Origin: Promethearchaeota archaeon
GTDB taxonomy: Archaea; Asgardarchaeota; Lokiarchaeia; Sigyniarchaeales; SOKP01
Reading direction: 5' to 3'
DNA length: 64,000 nt
NCBI GenBank assembly: GCA_048937405.1
Contig: JBHLNF010000009.1
Span: 128,001 to 192,000 of the forward strand
The notes under the pieces were generated by a model, which ran no database searches, was not told the origin of the DNA, and saw nothing but the letters and a program-made list of their open reading frames with translations. Position 1 is the stretch's first letter; each line of letters starts with the position of its first letter. A program made the position numbers and the translations under genes. Shown here piece by piece: positions 1 through 9,836 of this stretch.

Positions 1-78
1 GCTTTAACTTGTCCTCCTCTTAAGTTTTACTTTTGATTATTTTGTTAGGTACTTAATTATACGAAACGAAACATTTAT

Positions 79-98
79 ATAGTTAGGATCCCAACTAT
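79..98. promoter_or_regulatory. Palindromic operator overlapping the TATA box of the CC-peptide/hgcAB-like locus
   Basis: ATAGTTaGGATCCcAACTAT is a 20-bp inverted repeat with one mismatched pair; it overlaps the end of TTTATATA (74-81), which is preceded by purine-rich BRE-like CGAAAC. Confidence 0.55.
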
Positions 99-140
99 CA
101 ATTATCTAACAATTAAATATTAATGAGGTCCTAATTACTT

Positions 141-224
141 ATGGAAGATAAAGATAAAGAATGTTGTTCTGAAAAACCAAAAAATGATGAAGAGGAATCC
201 CATTCAAAGGAAGGATGTTGTTAA
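141..224 (+). CDS. 27-aa acidic Cys-pair micropeptide MEDKDKECCSEKPKNDEEESHSKEGCC (putative metal-binding; not in the ORF track)
   Basis: ATG at 141, TAA at 222-224, GAGGT SD-like motif upstream; two CC pairs; followed by a T-rich tract. Confidence 0.6.
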   Translation: MEDKDKECCSEKPKNDEEESHSKEGCC

Positions 225-383
225 ATTAACAGAATTCAATCAAAAGTAATATTGAAAAAATATAATCTCAAGTTTTTTATTTTTTTTTTGATTTATTCGA
301 TTGAAATTATAAATTTAGTATGACTGATTGTGAATAAAAATTAAAAAGTAATTATCCAAAATATCAAAATACGATAAATAGGT

Positions 384-2072
384 GTGAATAAAATAGCAGT
401 AGTCTACATGCGTAAATTGGAATTAGAACCTGAGACTTATGAATCAAAATTCACTGAACTTGCAAAAGGTACGAATATCAAAGTTCAGAATTGGATATTA
501 GAACGAATCAAAGCACCACAAATTATACTCGAAGTAGGGTGCGGTACAGGGACTCTTGCTAAAAAAATGGCCCTAAATGGAAATCAAGTCTTAGCAATTG
601 ATAAAAACTTACAAATGATCGACACTGCTATGAAAAATTTTCCTTCTGAACCCAACACGAAACTTTTATACCAAATAGGATCTATCACTGATTTACCTGC
701 TGAAGATAATTCTAAAGATTTGATTGTAAGTACTTTTATGCTTTCAGAACTTAGACCACTTGAACAACAAAATTTTCTGAGAAATGCTTGGAAGGTTTTA
801 AAACCGAATGGTCGGATGATACTTGCTGCAGAATTTGTCCCTTCAGGGATTTGGAAAATTTTATTTAACATTAAACGTTGGAAATACAAAAAGAAATTAA
901 GAAGACTCCGACTGCCGAGTACATTTGTAGTCAAATGGTTTTTCAATTATTTAGAGCCCATTGGTTTTAAATTAATGGCAGAAAAAAAATGGAATCATGG
1001 TTCTATTCGAGTTATTGAATTAAAGAAGATTCAGAATGATAATTTAAAAGAACCTGGTTATTATCGTCCTAAGCCTAAAAAGTTTAAAGGAATTCGGGCT
1101 CAAATGAATATTTATCGTTGTATTTTTACAGGACAGGTAGATCACATACCAATTGAGCCAGGGATTTACAAATCGGGGTCTCCTGATATGAATTCGCCTA
1201 TTCTTGTTACTGCTAATTACATTTATACATATATTAAATTAATGCGTGCTCTTAAAGGGATTGATGCTTGGGTATTATGTGTTGACTCAAATGGGATAAA
1301 TGTTTGGTGTGCAGCTCGAGGAAATAATTTTGGAAATAAGCAATTGATTGAAGTTGTAGAAGCAACTGACATCGCAGATGTCTCCAATAAGAAAACATTG
1401 ATTCTTCCTCAACTTTCCGCGGGAGGAGTTGCATCACCACTGATAAAAAGTGAAGCCCCAAATTTCAAATATAATATTCTATTTGGACCTGTATGGGCGA
1501 AAGACATCCCTAAATTTCTAAATGAACGCCCTACCCGAAAACCGGATAAGATGAAATTAGCTAAATTTACGGCTTCTCATCGTTTGCGTGCAGCCATTAC
1601 ACATACTACATTTTTATTACGGAAAATTTTCTTTTGGCCAAGTATTGTTCTAATATTAATTTTTCTTGGACTAAATATGGCAAGTATTATAGATGTGAAT
1701 AAACTATTGTTTATTGGTGAAATCTGGCTATGGGTTATTATAACAAATATATCCATTATGATTTTATTTCCTCTTACAAATTTTACACGAAAATTTATTA
1801 CTAAGGGTATTATTTATGGAGTTATTAACGTCTTTCTCTTAAGTTATATTTCTTGGCTTTTTCATACTTCACTACTTTTGATATTCTGGCAATCATTTTT
1901 TTATTTTTGGCTAGCATTTTTTTCTACTATGTCATATAGTGGGTATACTATGGCAACAAGTCCTCGAGAGATTCAAGATGAATATCCTACTTTCAGTAAA
2001 ATCAATATGATATTATTAATAATTGGCATTATTACTTTAGCTACAGGTTTCATCTTACCCTTGATATTTTAA
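384..2072 (+). CDS. Fusion of class I SAM methyltransferase + HgcA-like corrinoid domain + C-terminal transmembrane domain
   Basis: N-terminal LEVGCGTG SAM motif I; PILVTANY; DSNGINVWCAARG cap-helix-like motif; LILPQLSA; FGPV; about 4-5 C-terminal TM helices; probable true start ATA at 393. Confidence 0.85.
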   Translation: MNKIAVVYMRKLELEPETYESKFTELAKGTNIKVQNWILERIKAPQIILEVGCGTGTLAKKMALNGNQVLAIDKNLQMIDTAMKNFPSEPNTKLLYQIGSITDLPAEDNSKDLIVSTFMLSELRPLEQQNFLRNAWKVLKPNGRMILAAEFVPSGIWKILFNIKRWKYKKKLRRLRLPSTFVVKWFFNYLEPIGFKLMAEKKWNHGSIRVIELKKIQNDNLKEPGYYRPKPKKFKGIRAQMNIYRCIFTGQVDHIPIEPGIYKSGSPDMNSPILVTANYIYTYIKLMRALKGIDAWVLCVDSNGINVWCAARGNNFGNKQLIEVVEATDIADVSNKKTLILPQLSAGGVASPLIKSEAPNFKYNILFGPVWAKDIPKFLNERPTRKPDKMKLAKFTASHRLRAAITHTTFLLRKIFFWPSIVLILIFLGLNMASIIDVNKLLFIGEIWLWVIITNISIMILFPLTNFTRKFITKGIIYGVINVFLLSYISWLFHTSLLLIFWQSFFYFWLAFFSTMSYSGYTMATSPREIQDEYPTFSKINMILLIIGIITLATGFILPLIF

Positions 2073-2124
2073 AACAAATTAAAATAAATACAATAAAAAA
2101 ATAATATTAATATGAGAAAAAAAG

Positions 2125-2430
2125 GTGGTTAAAATTACATTAAAATCAAAATCAGTTAAAATGGCAATACTCATTCCAAAAATCTCAATTAATCCTGATT
2201 TATGTACGGGTTGTGGTATTTGTGGAGAAGTTTGTCCTTTTGGGATTCCAACTCCAGATGCAGAAGGGAAATATAGAATCAGTGAACCAGAACGTTGTAC
2301 GGAATGTTCTGCTTGTAAAAAAAATTGTCCTACAATGGCAATTCTCCTGCAAGAACAAAAAGGTTGTGGTTGTTTATGGAATGCACGTAGAGTTTCTAAA
2401 AATCCTCCAAATAACAGTTGTTGTGGATAA
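2125..2430 (+). CDS. HgcB-like 2[4Fe-4S] ferredoxin with Cys-rich tail
   Basis: CTGCGICGEVCP and CTECSACKKNCP motifs, then GCGC and terminal SCCG; directly downstream of the HgcA-like gene. Confidence 0.85.
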   Translation: MVKITLKSKSVKMAILIPKISINPDLCTGCGICGEVCPFGIPTPDAEGKYRISEPERCTECSACKKNCPTMAILLQEQKGCGCLWNARRVSKNPPNNSCCG

Positions 2431-2461
2431 GATCCACTTAAAATTCTTATTTTCTTACTAA

Positions 2462-3328
2462 TTAATATATAAATGTCTTCTTTTCCTTTTCTAGGAAGCT
2501 TTTCTTGATCAATAAATCCATTTCAGCATTTAACCAACAGAGTTCATCATAAGTACAGCTTGAATTAAACACTTCTCCTGCTTTTTGTTTTATATCTTCA
2601 ATAGAGGGCATATCAAGATTCATTTTCTGAATTTTTTCCGCTAACATCCAACATAAATCATTATAAGAGTATTTATCTAAGGAGAGAAAATAAGCTGCTT
2701 CTCTTATTTGCGTTTGTAGGTCAGGTTCTTCTGATGTTATCTCAATAAATTTTGGTTTAATTTTTCTATGTTCTTTAATTTGTTGTAACCAAGCTTCTAC
2801 ATCTGAAATTTCCTCAGTTTGAATTTGATCAGATGATTCTTCAAACTTAATGAATTTAACAGCACTATAGCTTTCATTTTCTCCTTTTTTTGCTTCCAAG
2901 ATTCTATGATTTTTGATCTGTTGGAACCATTGTACTATTCTCTCTTCTGAAATTCCTTCGAACGTAGCAGAATTCACACTCTCAAGTGGTGTCTCAAAAA
3001 CGAATTCAGGTCTCCGCTCTATTGTTTTGCCAGGAATATGTCCTTTTCTAAGATCATGTATCATCGCTAAAAAGGCACCATATTCTCTCTTTTGTTTCAT
3101 GATAAGTATTTTTGCAGATCCTCCTCTCTTTTTGTCAATATTCCTTGCAATCTCTGCAGTAATATCTTTTTTATTTTTTTTTACTTCTAATCCAACCCAA
3201 ATATAAATTGTATTTTTTTCCTCATCATCAACAAGATAAACATCATTTTCATTGAAAGGTAAACTGTCTATCTTTATCAATTCCCCATTATCGGCAATAC
3301 TGAATAGTTGCATTATTTTCACTCTCAA
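2462..3328 (-). CDS. Gelsolin-domain protein with C-terminal domain X (Asgard 1DGelX-like)
   Basis: N-terminal FNENDVYLVD..TIYIWVG gelsolin fold; C-terminal IREAAYFLS..YNDLCWMLAE / YDELCWLNAE duplicated helices. Confidence 0.75.
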   Translation of the reverse strand: MRVKIMQLFSIADNGELIKIDSLPFNENDVYLVDDEEKNTIYIWVGLEVKKNKKDITAEIARNIDKKRGGSAKILIMKQKREYGAFLAMIHDLRKGHIPGKTIERRPEFVFETPLESVNSATFEGISEERIVQWFQQIKNHRILEAKKGENESYSAVKFIKFEESSDQIQTEEISDVEAWLQQIKEHRKIKPKFIEITSEEPDLQTQIREAAYFLSLDKYSYNDLCWMLAEKIQKMNLDMPSIEDIKQKAGEVFNSSCTYDELCWLNAEMDLLIKKSFLEKEKKTFIY

Positions 3329-3478
3329 GTACTTTCTAATAATATAAAAATAAATGAATTTAAGATTTAAAAATCTTTTTTGCCTTCATGATTTTTAGAT
3401 TTCCTTAAGTTTTTTAATATGATCTCTATTATGTTCTTAAGAAATATTTATTTTATAAATTTCAATCACTTTTAAAAA

Positions 3479-4015
3479 ATGAGAAAAGATATGGCAGATA
3501 ATAAAGATTTCACTCCACAAGAATATGAAGACCTCATTAAAGAATTAATAAAGGAGAATGAACAACTTAAAAAGAAAATAGCTGAATTAGAACATCGACA
3601 TCAAGAATATAGAGTTCAAAGAGAGACAATAGATGCTCCTAAACCCGTTATCGAAACCCATGACTCTATAGTTGACATGTCACCACCTAAAATTACAGAA
3701 GAAAAATTTCAATCTGAAAAATTAGTTGAAAAACCTCCAATAGAAGAGGAGATCAAGCCTATTGAACAAACACATAAAAGAATCCATTCAGAATCGATTT
3801 TTTCTGAAAATGTAGCCCCTCTTGAAATGCATAAAGGAGACATTATGATAGGAGATTCAAGAAGAGAATGTCCTAAATGTGGAAATAAAAATAAGGCACT
3901 TATTCGAGAAACAGTAGATAAAACTCATATAATATGTAACTATCCCCGAATGTATGGAAAAAAATATCATTGTGGGGATTGTGGCGTAGAATGGCGAGTT
4001 CCAATAGAAATGTAG
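3479..4015 (+). CDS. Coiled-coil protein with C-terminal Zn ribbon
   Basis: N-terminal heptads; CPKCG...HCGDCG. Confidence 0.75.
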   Translation: MRKDMADNKDFTPQEYEDLIKELIKENEQLKKKIAELEHRHQEYRVQRETIDAPKPVIETHDSIVDMSPPKITEEKFQSEKLVEKPPIEEEIKPIEQTHKRIHSESIFSENVAPLEMHKGDIMIGDSRRECPKCGNKNKALIRETVDKTHIICNYPRMYGKKYHCGDCGVEWRVPIEM

Positions 4016-4169
4016 ATAAATTTTTTTACCTTTATATTACTTTTATTATTCCCATCTGAATCTTAAGATAACTGTAAAATTTTAAATAAAACATGTTCGG
4101 TTTTAACTTTAAATTATATTCTTCTTTATTATTTTTATATTATACACTAAAGATGAGATTATTAAAACT

Positions 4170-4496
4170 ATGAGTAATAAAAATATCAAGAAAGTAATCA
4201 TGAATTTAGACTCGCTACTCGATTATCAAAAAGATTCTGTTGTAAGTAGAGCTTTAATAAATAAAGATGTTGGTACGGTTACACTATTCTCGTTTGATAA
4301 AGGGGAAGGATTAAGCGAGCATACTGCACCATTTGATGCCTTGGTTTTCATTTTCGAGGGAAAAGCTGAAATAACAATCTCTAATGAGAAATTTGATCTT
4401 AAAAGCGGTCAACTTATTATAATGCCTGCAAATGAACCACATGCTTTATATGCTCCAGAAAAATTTAAAATGATGTTAATTATGATAAAATCTTAA
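4170..4496 (+). CDS. Cupin domain protein
   Basis: LSEHTAPFDA...MPANEPHAL cupin motifs. Confidence 0.9.
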   Translation: MSNKNIKKVIMNLDSLLDYQKDSVVSRALINKDVGTVTLFSFDKGEGLSEHTAPFDALVFIFEGKAEITISNEKFDLKSGQLIIMPANEPHALYAPEKFKMMLIMIKS

Positions 4497-4539
4497 ATAA
4501 TAAGATCCCTTTTATTATTTCATATTCTTTATATTATAT

Positions 4540-4698
4540 ATGTCAGAAAGAGAGATCTCTGAAGAGGAATTAGAGGAAAAATTAAAAAAAGCTCTTAATG
4601 CCAGTGAGAAAAAAAGAGATGTATTTAAGATTTTGAGAAGCGAAAAAGAGGCTTTAGAGATAAAAGAGAAGCGAATGAAAGAAAAATTCAAATATTAA
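4540..4698 (+). CDS. 52-aa charged helical microprotein (not in the ORF track)
   Basis: MSEREISEEELEEKLKKALNASEKKRDVFKILRSEKEALEIKEKRMKEKFKY; purine-rich coding bias within an AT-rich gap. Confidence 0.6.
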   Translation: MSEREISEEELEEKLKKALNASEKKRDVFKILRSEKEALEIKEKRMKEKFKY

Positions 4699-4733
4699 TT
4701 ATGGCTTAATTCTTTTTTCTTTATAAATTTAAA

Positions 4734-5969
4734 TTAAGCAGAATTTTTTTTTATATCTGTAATGATATGCTTGGAAAAAGTATATAAAAGCATTGTTACT
4801 ACAATAAAAAATACTGACGCTATCAATATAGCAAAATAAAGTGTTGTATTGTTATAATAATTTAAAAAAGGTGCAAGTGTTATTGGGACTAATGCTATCC
4901 CTGTAAAATATGATGCTGTTAAAGAACCTGCTAAAGCACCTCGTCTTTGGGAAGATAAAACTTGACTATAATAAGTTATTGATGTAAAGAGCATTCCTCC
5001 TGCTATTCCAGATAGAAACCAACCAAATGATAAAATTATAAATCTCTTTTGATTAGTTATATCTCCTATGGCTAAAAAAATAACAATTGAAGTAATTAGT
5101 ATTGTAGAACCCAAAAGTAAAGGTAGTTTTGGATCCTCTCTTTTTATTAAATTTCCTGTTAGAATCCCTGCTATAGCAGCTCCAATTCCCGCTAAACTTA
5201 AGATTAAACCTACAAGTAATAACGAGACATTTGCTTCTATAAGATTTTTCGAGGTCCAGATATTAATTGCTATATATGTATGAGATATTAAGAAAGCAGA
5301 AAGTATCATAAGAATAACTGGAATGCGACGCCATTCTTTTGATAATTGACTTAAAAAAGTACGAATTCCTAAATCCTTCACTTTCTTTTGAGGAGGTCTT
5401 TTAACCAAAATGAAATAAACTAAGCAAAAACCTGAAATCGTAATAAATATAATATAAATCCACTGCCAGGTTATATTCAGGATTATAAGAGTAGCGATTA
5501 ATGGACCTAATCCCACTCCTAAATTTGCACTAGCACTTAATAAACCCATTTTCTTAGCTACATTCTGCGAAGGGGTAATATCGATCATTAGAGCTATTAG
5601 AACAGGGTTAATAAAACCAAATCCTATTCCCCCTACTATATTAGCAATTATATACATCTCTAAATTAATTGAAAATCCTGCTGTCAACATCGCAATAGTA
5701 AATAAGATTAAACCCAATATTAATACTGGGATTCTACCTTTAATATCAGAAATCGCCCCAGAAAAGAGTTGCGTTATTGCAAATGGTATCATAAAAGAAG
5801 GAATAGCAATTAATAAATTATCAAGATTGACTTGAAAATACGAAGAAAGAACTCCAAATAAAACATTAATAATATTTCCTGTCATAGGACCTAACAGAAA
5901 TAACAAAAATATAACGAATTCAAGTAATTTTGAGTAGTAAGTAGATTGTTCTAGGGTACTCTGATACAT
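4734..5969 (-). CDS. MFS transporter
   Basis: About 12 TM helices; GAISDIKGR motif A. Confidence 0.9.
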   Translation of the reverse strand: MYQSTLEQSTYYSKLLEFVIFLLFLLGPMTGNIINVLFGVLSSYFQVNLDNLLIAIPSFMIPFAITQLFSGAISDIKGRIPVLILGLILFTIAMLTAGFSINLEMYIIANIVGGIGFGFINPVLIALMIDITPSQNVAKKMGLLSASANLGVGLGPLIATLIILNITWQWIYIIFITISGFCLVYFILVKRPPQKKVKDLGIRTFLSQLSKEWRRIPVILMILSAFLISHTYIAINIWTSKNLIEANVSLLLVGLILSLAGIGAAIAGILTGNLIKREDPKLPLLLGSTILITSIVIFLAIGDITNQKRFIILSFGWFLSGIAGGMLFTSITYYSQVLSSQRRGALAGSLTASYFTGIALVPITLAPFLNYYNNTTLYFAILIASVFFIVVTMLLYTFSKHIITDIKKNSA

Positions 5970-6209
5970 GTTTTCAATTATTGGTAATTCTTATTTAAAT
6001 TATTGTCTTTTAATTTAAAGTAAACCTATATGTATTATTAATTGATAAATGAATGGTTTAAATAGTTAAATAAAAATAGTAAAAGGATGTTAGTTATTAA
6101 ATAAGCTGTTTCTGAAGACTTAATATAGAAAACTCGAGACCTGTTCATTGAATATACTAATTATTTAAATATAGATTTGGATTTTCAAAATTTCGAAGAA
6201 GAATGATAA

Positions 6210-7763
6210 CTAAGGGGATATTTCAATGGGAATATTACGAATAGGTAAAATTACTTCAGTTTTTTCATTTTTAAAAAATTTTTTAAAAAATTCAGGATGT
6301 TCAGTATGGATTGGAATTAGTTTTTTGGGAACAATTTCATTTATAAATCTAATTAAATCATGAGGTTTAACATGACCTGACGCATGAATCCGGTATGAAG
6401 GCACACCAATATCTAACAAATCTGTTGATATAAATCTCTTATCCATTCGATATTCCTCTGAGTAGGGATCTACACTGGATGAAATAAAAGCACCTCGTAA
6501 GTTTTTAGGTATAAATTTCTTTATTGTGGCAAAATCTTGAATAGAGGTGATATATAAAAAAAACTTTTTATTCATATATTTTAAATCTTCTAGACTAATA
6601 ATCCGCTCATCATTTTCAATAGAATTTAACAACCGATCAAGATCCTTTTTCCATTGAAAATTACGTTTTTCATATGAGAGAATAATGATATTTTCAGTTG
6701 TAGTTAAATTTGGATCTTTCATTGAACGGTATATTGCCTTTTTATTCAAACGATTATAAAAATATGCGTCTTTATCAGAGATTATGTATTTCCAATTATA
6801 CTTTTTCGCAATATCTACATAAGTTCTAAACCGATCCCAATCTACTCTTTCATACTGAACAATGATATAATCAAATGGTATAATATTGAATAACTTTCTT
6901 AAATGCCTCTTTACTATCCTCTCAGATTCAATTGAGCCTTTATGTACGCTTGTTCCTTCACAAATCAATGCGATTATTTTTCCCCCTCTTTTAGTAAAAT
7001 CATTTAATTGTTTAGCTTTAGTTTTACTTATTTCTTTAACCTTTTTTATTAAATCTGCGGTCAAAAATTGAAGGTGACCATGCATTCTAAAATCTCCTGT
7101 ATAAACAATTATTCCCGCTGATGTGCATATAATAAACCCATAAGCAGCAGGAATAGAATGATCAACATGAATAGGATAAATTTCCATTTTTTTAAGTTTG
7201 ATAATATCACCTGTCCTAAATTTTATCCATTTTAATCCATATAAGAAATTTTCAAACCTTTGAGCTGAACTTCTTGAGCAGGCTTTAATAATTCTTTTTG
7301 TAACTACTCCTGTGTAAATTGGGATATTACGATTTAGAAATGATATTCCTCGATAATGATCTCTATGAGGGTGAGAAATTAAAACGCCATCAAGATTTGA
7401 AGGAGGATCAATCTTTTCTTTACATTCTCTTACTTTTTGAGGATATTTAAGTTTTTTATGATCAAAAATAAAATTGGAGGAATAAAGGTTCTTCACTGGA
7501 AGATCAATTTCTCTAGGTAATATATTATGATCTTTTAAAGCTTTAATTTCATTAATATCTGGAAAATTTGCTCGAAACATGGAAAAATCAGTAGTGTTGA
7601 TCCCAAAATCTAAAAGTAATTTTACATTATATCCGAAATCTTCCAAAAGAACAATATTACCTCCAACCTTGCATAAACCACCGAGGAAAGTTAATTTTAC
7701 TTTATTCTCCAAAAATTTCATCTTATTGGAATCTATAATTAAGCTGATCATAATCATTGACAA
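6210..7763 (-). CDS. MBL/beta-CASP ribonuclease (RNase J-like); likely start near 7721
   Basis: SHPHRDH, VDHS, YTGDFR, HASGH, PIHTE motifs. Confidence 0.85.
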   Translation of the reverse strand: MSMIMISLIIDSNKMKFLENKVKLTFLGGLCKVGGNIVLLEDFGYNVKLLLDFGINTTDFSMFRANFPDINEIKALKDHNILPREIDLPVKNLYSSNFIFDHKKLKYPQKVRECKEKIDPPSNLDGVLISHPHRDHYRGISFLNRNIPIYTGVVTKRIIKACSRSSAQRFENFLYGLKWIKFRTGDIIKLKKMEIYPIHVDHSIPAAYGFIICTSAGIIVYTGDFRMHGHLQFLTADLIKKVKEISKTKAKQLNDFTKRGGKIIALICEGTSVHKGSIESERIVKRHLRKLFNIIPFDYIIVQYERVDWDRFRTYVDIAKKYNWKYIISDKDAYFYNRLNKKAIYRSMKDPNLTTTENIIILSYEKRNFQWKKDLDRLLNSIENDERIISLEDLKYMNKKFFLYITSIQDFATIKKFIPKNLRGAFISSSVDPYSEEYRMDKRFISTDLLDIGVPSYRIHASGHVKPHDLIRFINEIVPKKLIPIHTEHPEFFKKFFKNEKTEVILPIRNIPIEISP

Positions 7764-7875
7764 AGCATTAAATAAATTTCTAGAAGAAATTAAATAAAGT
7801 AATCACTAAAGAATTTATTGCAATATTTTAGGGAAAGATATTTATTTATAAACATAAATTTGATTTATCAAGAAG

Positions 7876-9396
7876 ATGACATCTATACAAGTTTTTGATG
7901 GAAATGATACAATTGGTGGAAATAAAATATATATTGAAGAAAATGGTCATGGACTTTTCCTAGATTTTGGAATGAATTTTAATAAATATGGAAATTTTTT
8001 CCAAGAGTATATTTCACCACGATCTAAGCGAGGACTTCATGATCTCATAAATTTAGATTTAATCCCTAAACTTGATATCTATAGGAAAGATTTAATTCCC
8101 AAAGATTTAGATATTTCATCATACCCTTCATTGAATATAGAGGCTGTACTTCTTAGTCATGCCCATATGGATCATTGGGGAAATATTGGGTTACTCAGAC
8201 CAGACTATCCTATTATTGCCTCTCCTTCTACTATAATGCTTCTTAAAACAATATCGGATAGTTCTTCTTCTAAGCTTGGCTCTAATGTTGTATATTATTC
8301 TCTAAAAACACCAAAAGAAGATGGAAGGATTTTGGATTCCGATCGAAATAAGGTTATCGGTCGTGATTTTGTTTGTACAGATAATTTCTCAGAATCTTTT
8401 CATGATTTCTTTACATCAAATACTAAAAATCGGAAAAAGTTTGAAAAAGGTAATTTATCATCTCTAAAAAACTTCTCTTCTAATTTTGAAATTAATGCTT
8501 ATGAAGTAGATCATTCAATATATGGAGCAACAGCCTATATATTAACTGGTGATAATACTATTGTATATACAGGCGATTTTCGACTTCATGGAAAAAAACG
8601 AAAAAAAAGTGAAGAATTCATTAAAAAAGCTAGAGATGCATCTGTTTTGATAATCGAAGGTACTAGAGTTGCTGGTGATGATATTAATGAATCTGAAGAG
8701 ATTGTATATAATAATTGTTTAGAAAAGGCTGAGAAAGCTAATGGTCTAATTGTTGCAGATTTCACAGCACGTAATTTTGAAAGACTGGAAATGTTTAGTT
8801 TAATTGCTAAAAAATTAGGAAGAATTTTGATAATTACAGCTAAAGATGCTTATTTACTTTATGGTCTCAGAAAAGTAGATAATATTGATAGGATAAAAGA
8901 TTTAAGAGTCTATAATGATATGAAAATTTCAAGTAAAAATTGGGAAAAAATTCTTTTAAACATAGAACCTAAAATAAATTTTATAGATCCTTCCGAAATC
9001 TTTAAAGATCAAGAGAGATATATTATTTGTTTTTCGTTGTATGATATTAAAAATCTATTAGATATTAAGCCAAATAATGGATTGTATATTTATTCTTCCA
9101 GTGAAGCTTTTGAGGAAGAGTCAGAATTCGATTTCATTCGCTTAAGCAATTGGGTAAAATATTTTAATTTTGAAATTGTTGGATTTAACATTAATATGGA
9201 TAAACGCAAACTCAGACCTCAATTTACAAAAGGATATCATGCTTCTGGTCATGTTTCAAAATCAGACTTAATCAGAGTAATTGATAAAATAGATCCTGAT
9301 ATTATAATTCCTGTACATACAGATTATCCTCAATGGTTTAGTAAAAATTTTGAGAATGCTGTTCTTTTAAAGAATAATAAACTCTTTAAAATCTGA
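7876..9396 (+). CDS. MBL/beta-CASP ribonuclease (RNase J-like)
   Basis: SHAHMDH, VDHS, YTGDFR, HASGH, PVHTD motifs. Confidence 0.88.
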   Translation: MTSIQVFDGNDTIGGNKIYIEENGHGLFLDFGMNFNKYGNFFQEYISPRSKRGLHDLINLDLIPKLDIYRKDLIPKDLDISSYPSLNIEAVLLSHAHMDHWGNIGLLRPDYPIIASPSTIMLLKTISDSSSSKLGSNVVYYSLKTPKEDGRILDSDRNKVIGRDFVCTDNFSESFHDFFTSNTKNRKKFEKGNLSSLKNFSSNFEINAYEVDHSIYGATAYILTGDNTIVYTGDFRLHGKKRKKSEEFIKKARDASVLIIEGTRVAGDDINESEEIVYNNCLEKAEKANGLIVADFTARNFERLEMFSLIAKKLGRILIITAKDAYLLYGLRKVDNIDRIKDLRVYNDMKISSKNWEKILLNIEPKINFIDPSEIFKDQERYIICFSLYDIKNLLDIKPNNGLYIYSSSEAFEEESEFDFIRLSNWVKYFNFEIVGFNINMDKRKLRPQFTKGYHASGHVSKSDLIRVIDKIDPDIIIPVHTDYPQWFSKNFENAVLLKNNKLFKI

Positions 9397-9581
9397 TAAA
9401 AAACTATTAAAAATTGAAATTTAGTCCACTTATTTTTTTTAAAAATTAAAAAAAAGGGAATAAGTAAGATTTAAAATAATACTAAAAAAAGTTCATTAAC
9501 TTATTTTTATATATTTCATATCTTCCAAAATTCCTAATACTTAAATCCTTTGCTCTTTTATCTAATTAATAATTACACTTA

Positions 9582-9836
9582 TTAATAAAAAGACTTTCGG
9601 CCTTGAGAACTCGTTCGAGGTCCTTTTTCAATTACATTCACATTACTTGCTTGTGGTCCTTTTTGACCTTCTGTAACTTCATATTCTACAATATCTCCTT
9701 CATAAACAATCTTGAATTCGCCTTCTTCACCTTTTATAGCAGAATAGTGAACAAAAATATCAGGAGAACCATCGTCGGGAGTAATGAAACCATAGCCCTT
9801 TTTTTTGTTAAACCATTTAACTGTTCCTTTTCCCAT
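9582..9836 (-). CDS. cspA: Cold-shock domain protein
   Basis: [13 protein letters not shown] (RNP1), DIFVHYS (RNP2), GPQASNV. Confidence 0.93.
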   Translation of the reverse strand: MGKGTVKWFNKKKGYGFITPDDGSPDIFVHYSAIKGEEGEFKIVYEGDIVEYEVTEGQKGPQASNVNVIEKGPRTSSQGRKSFY

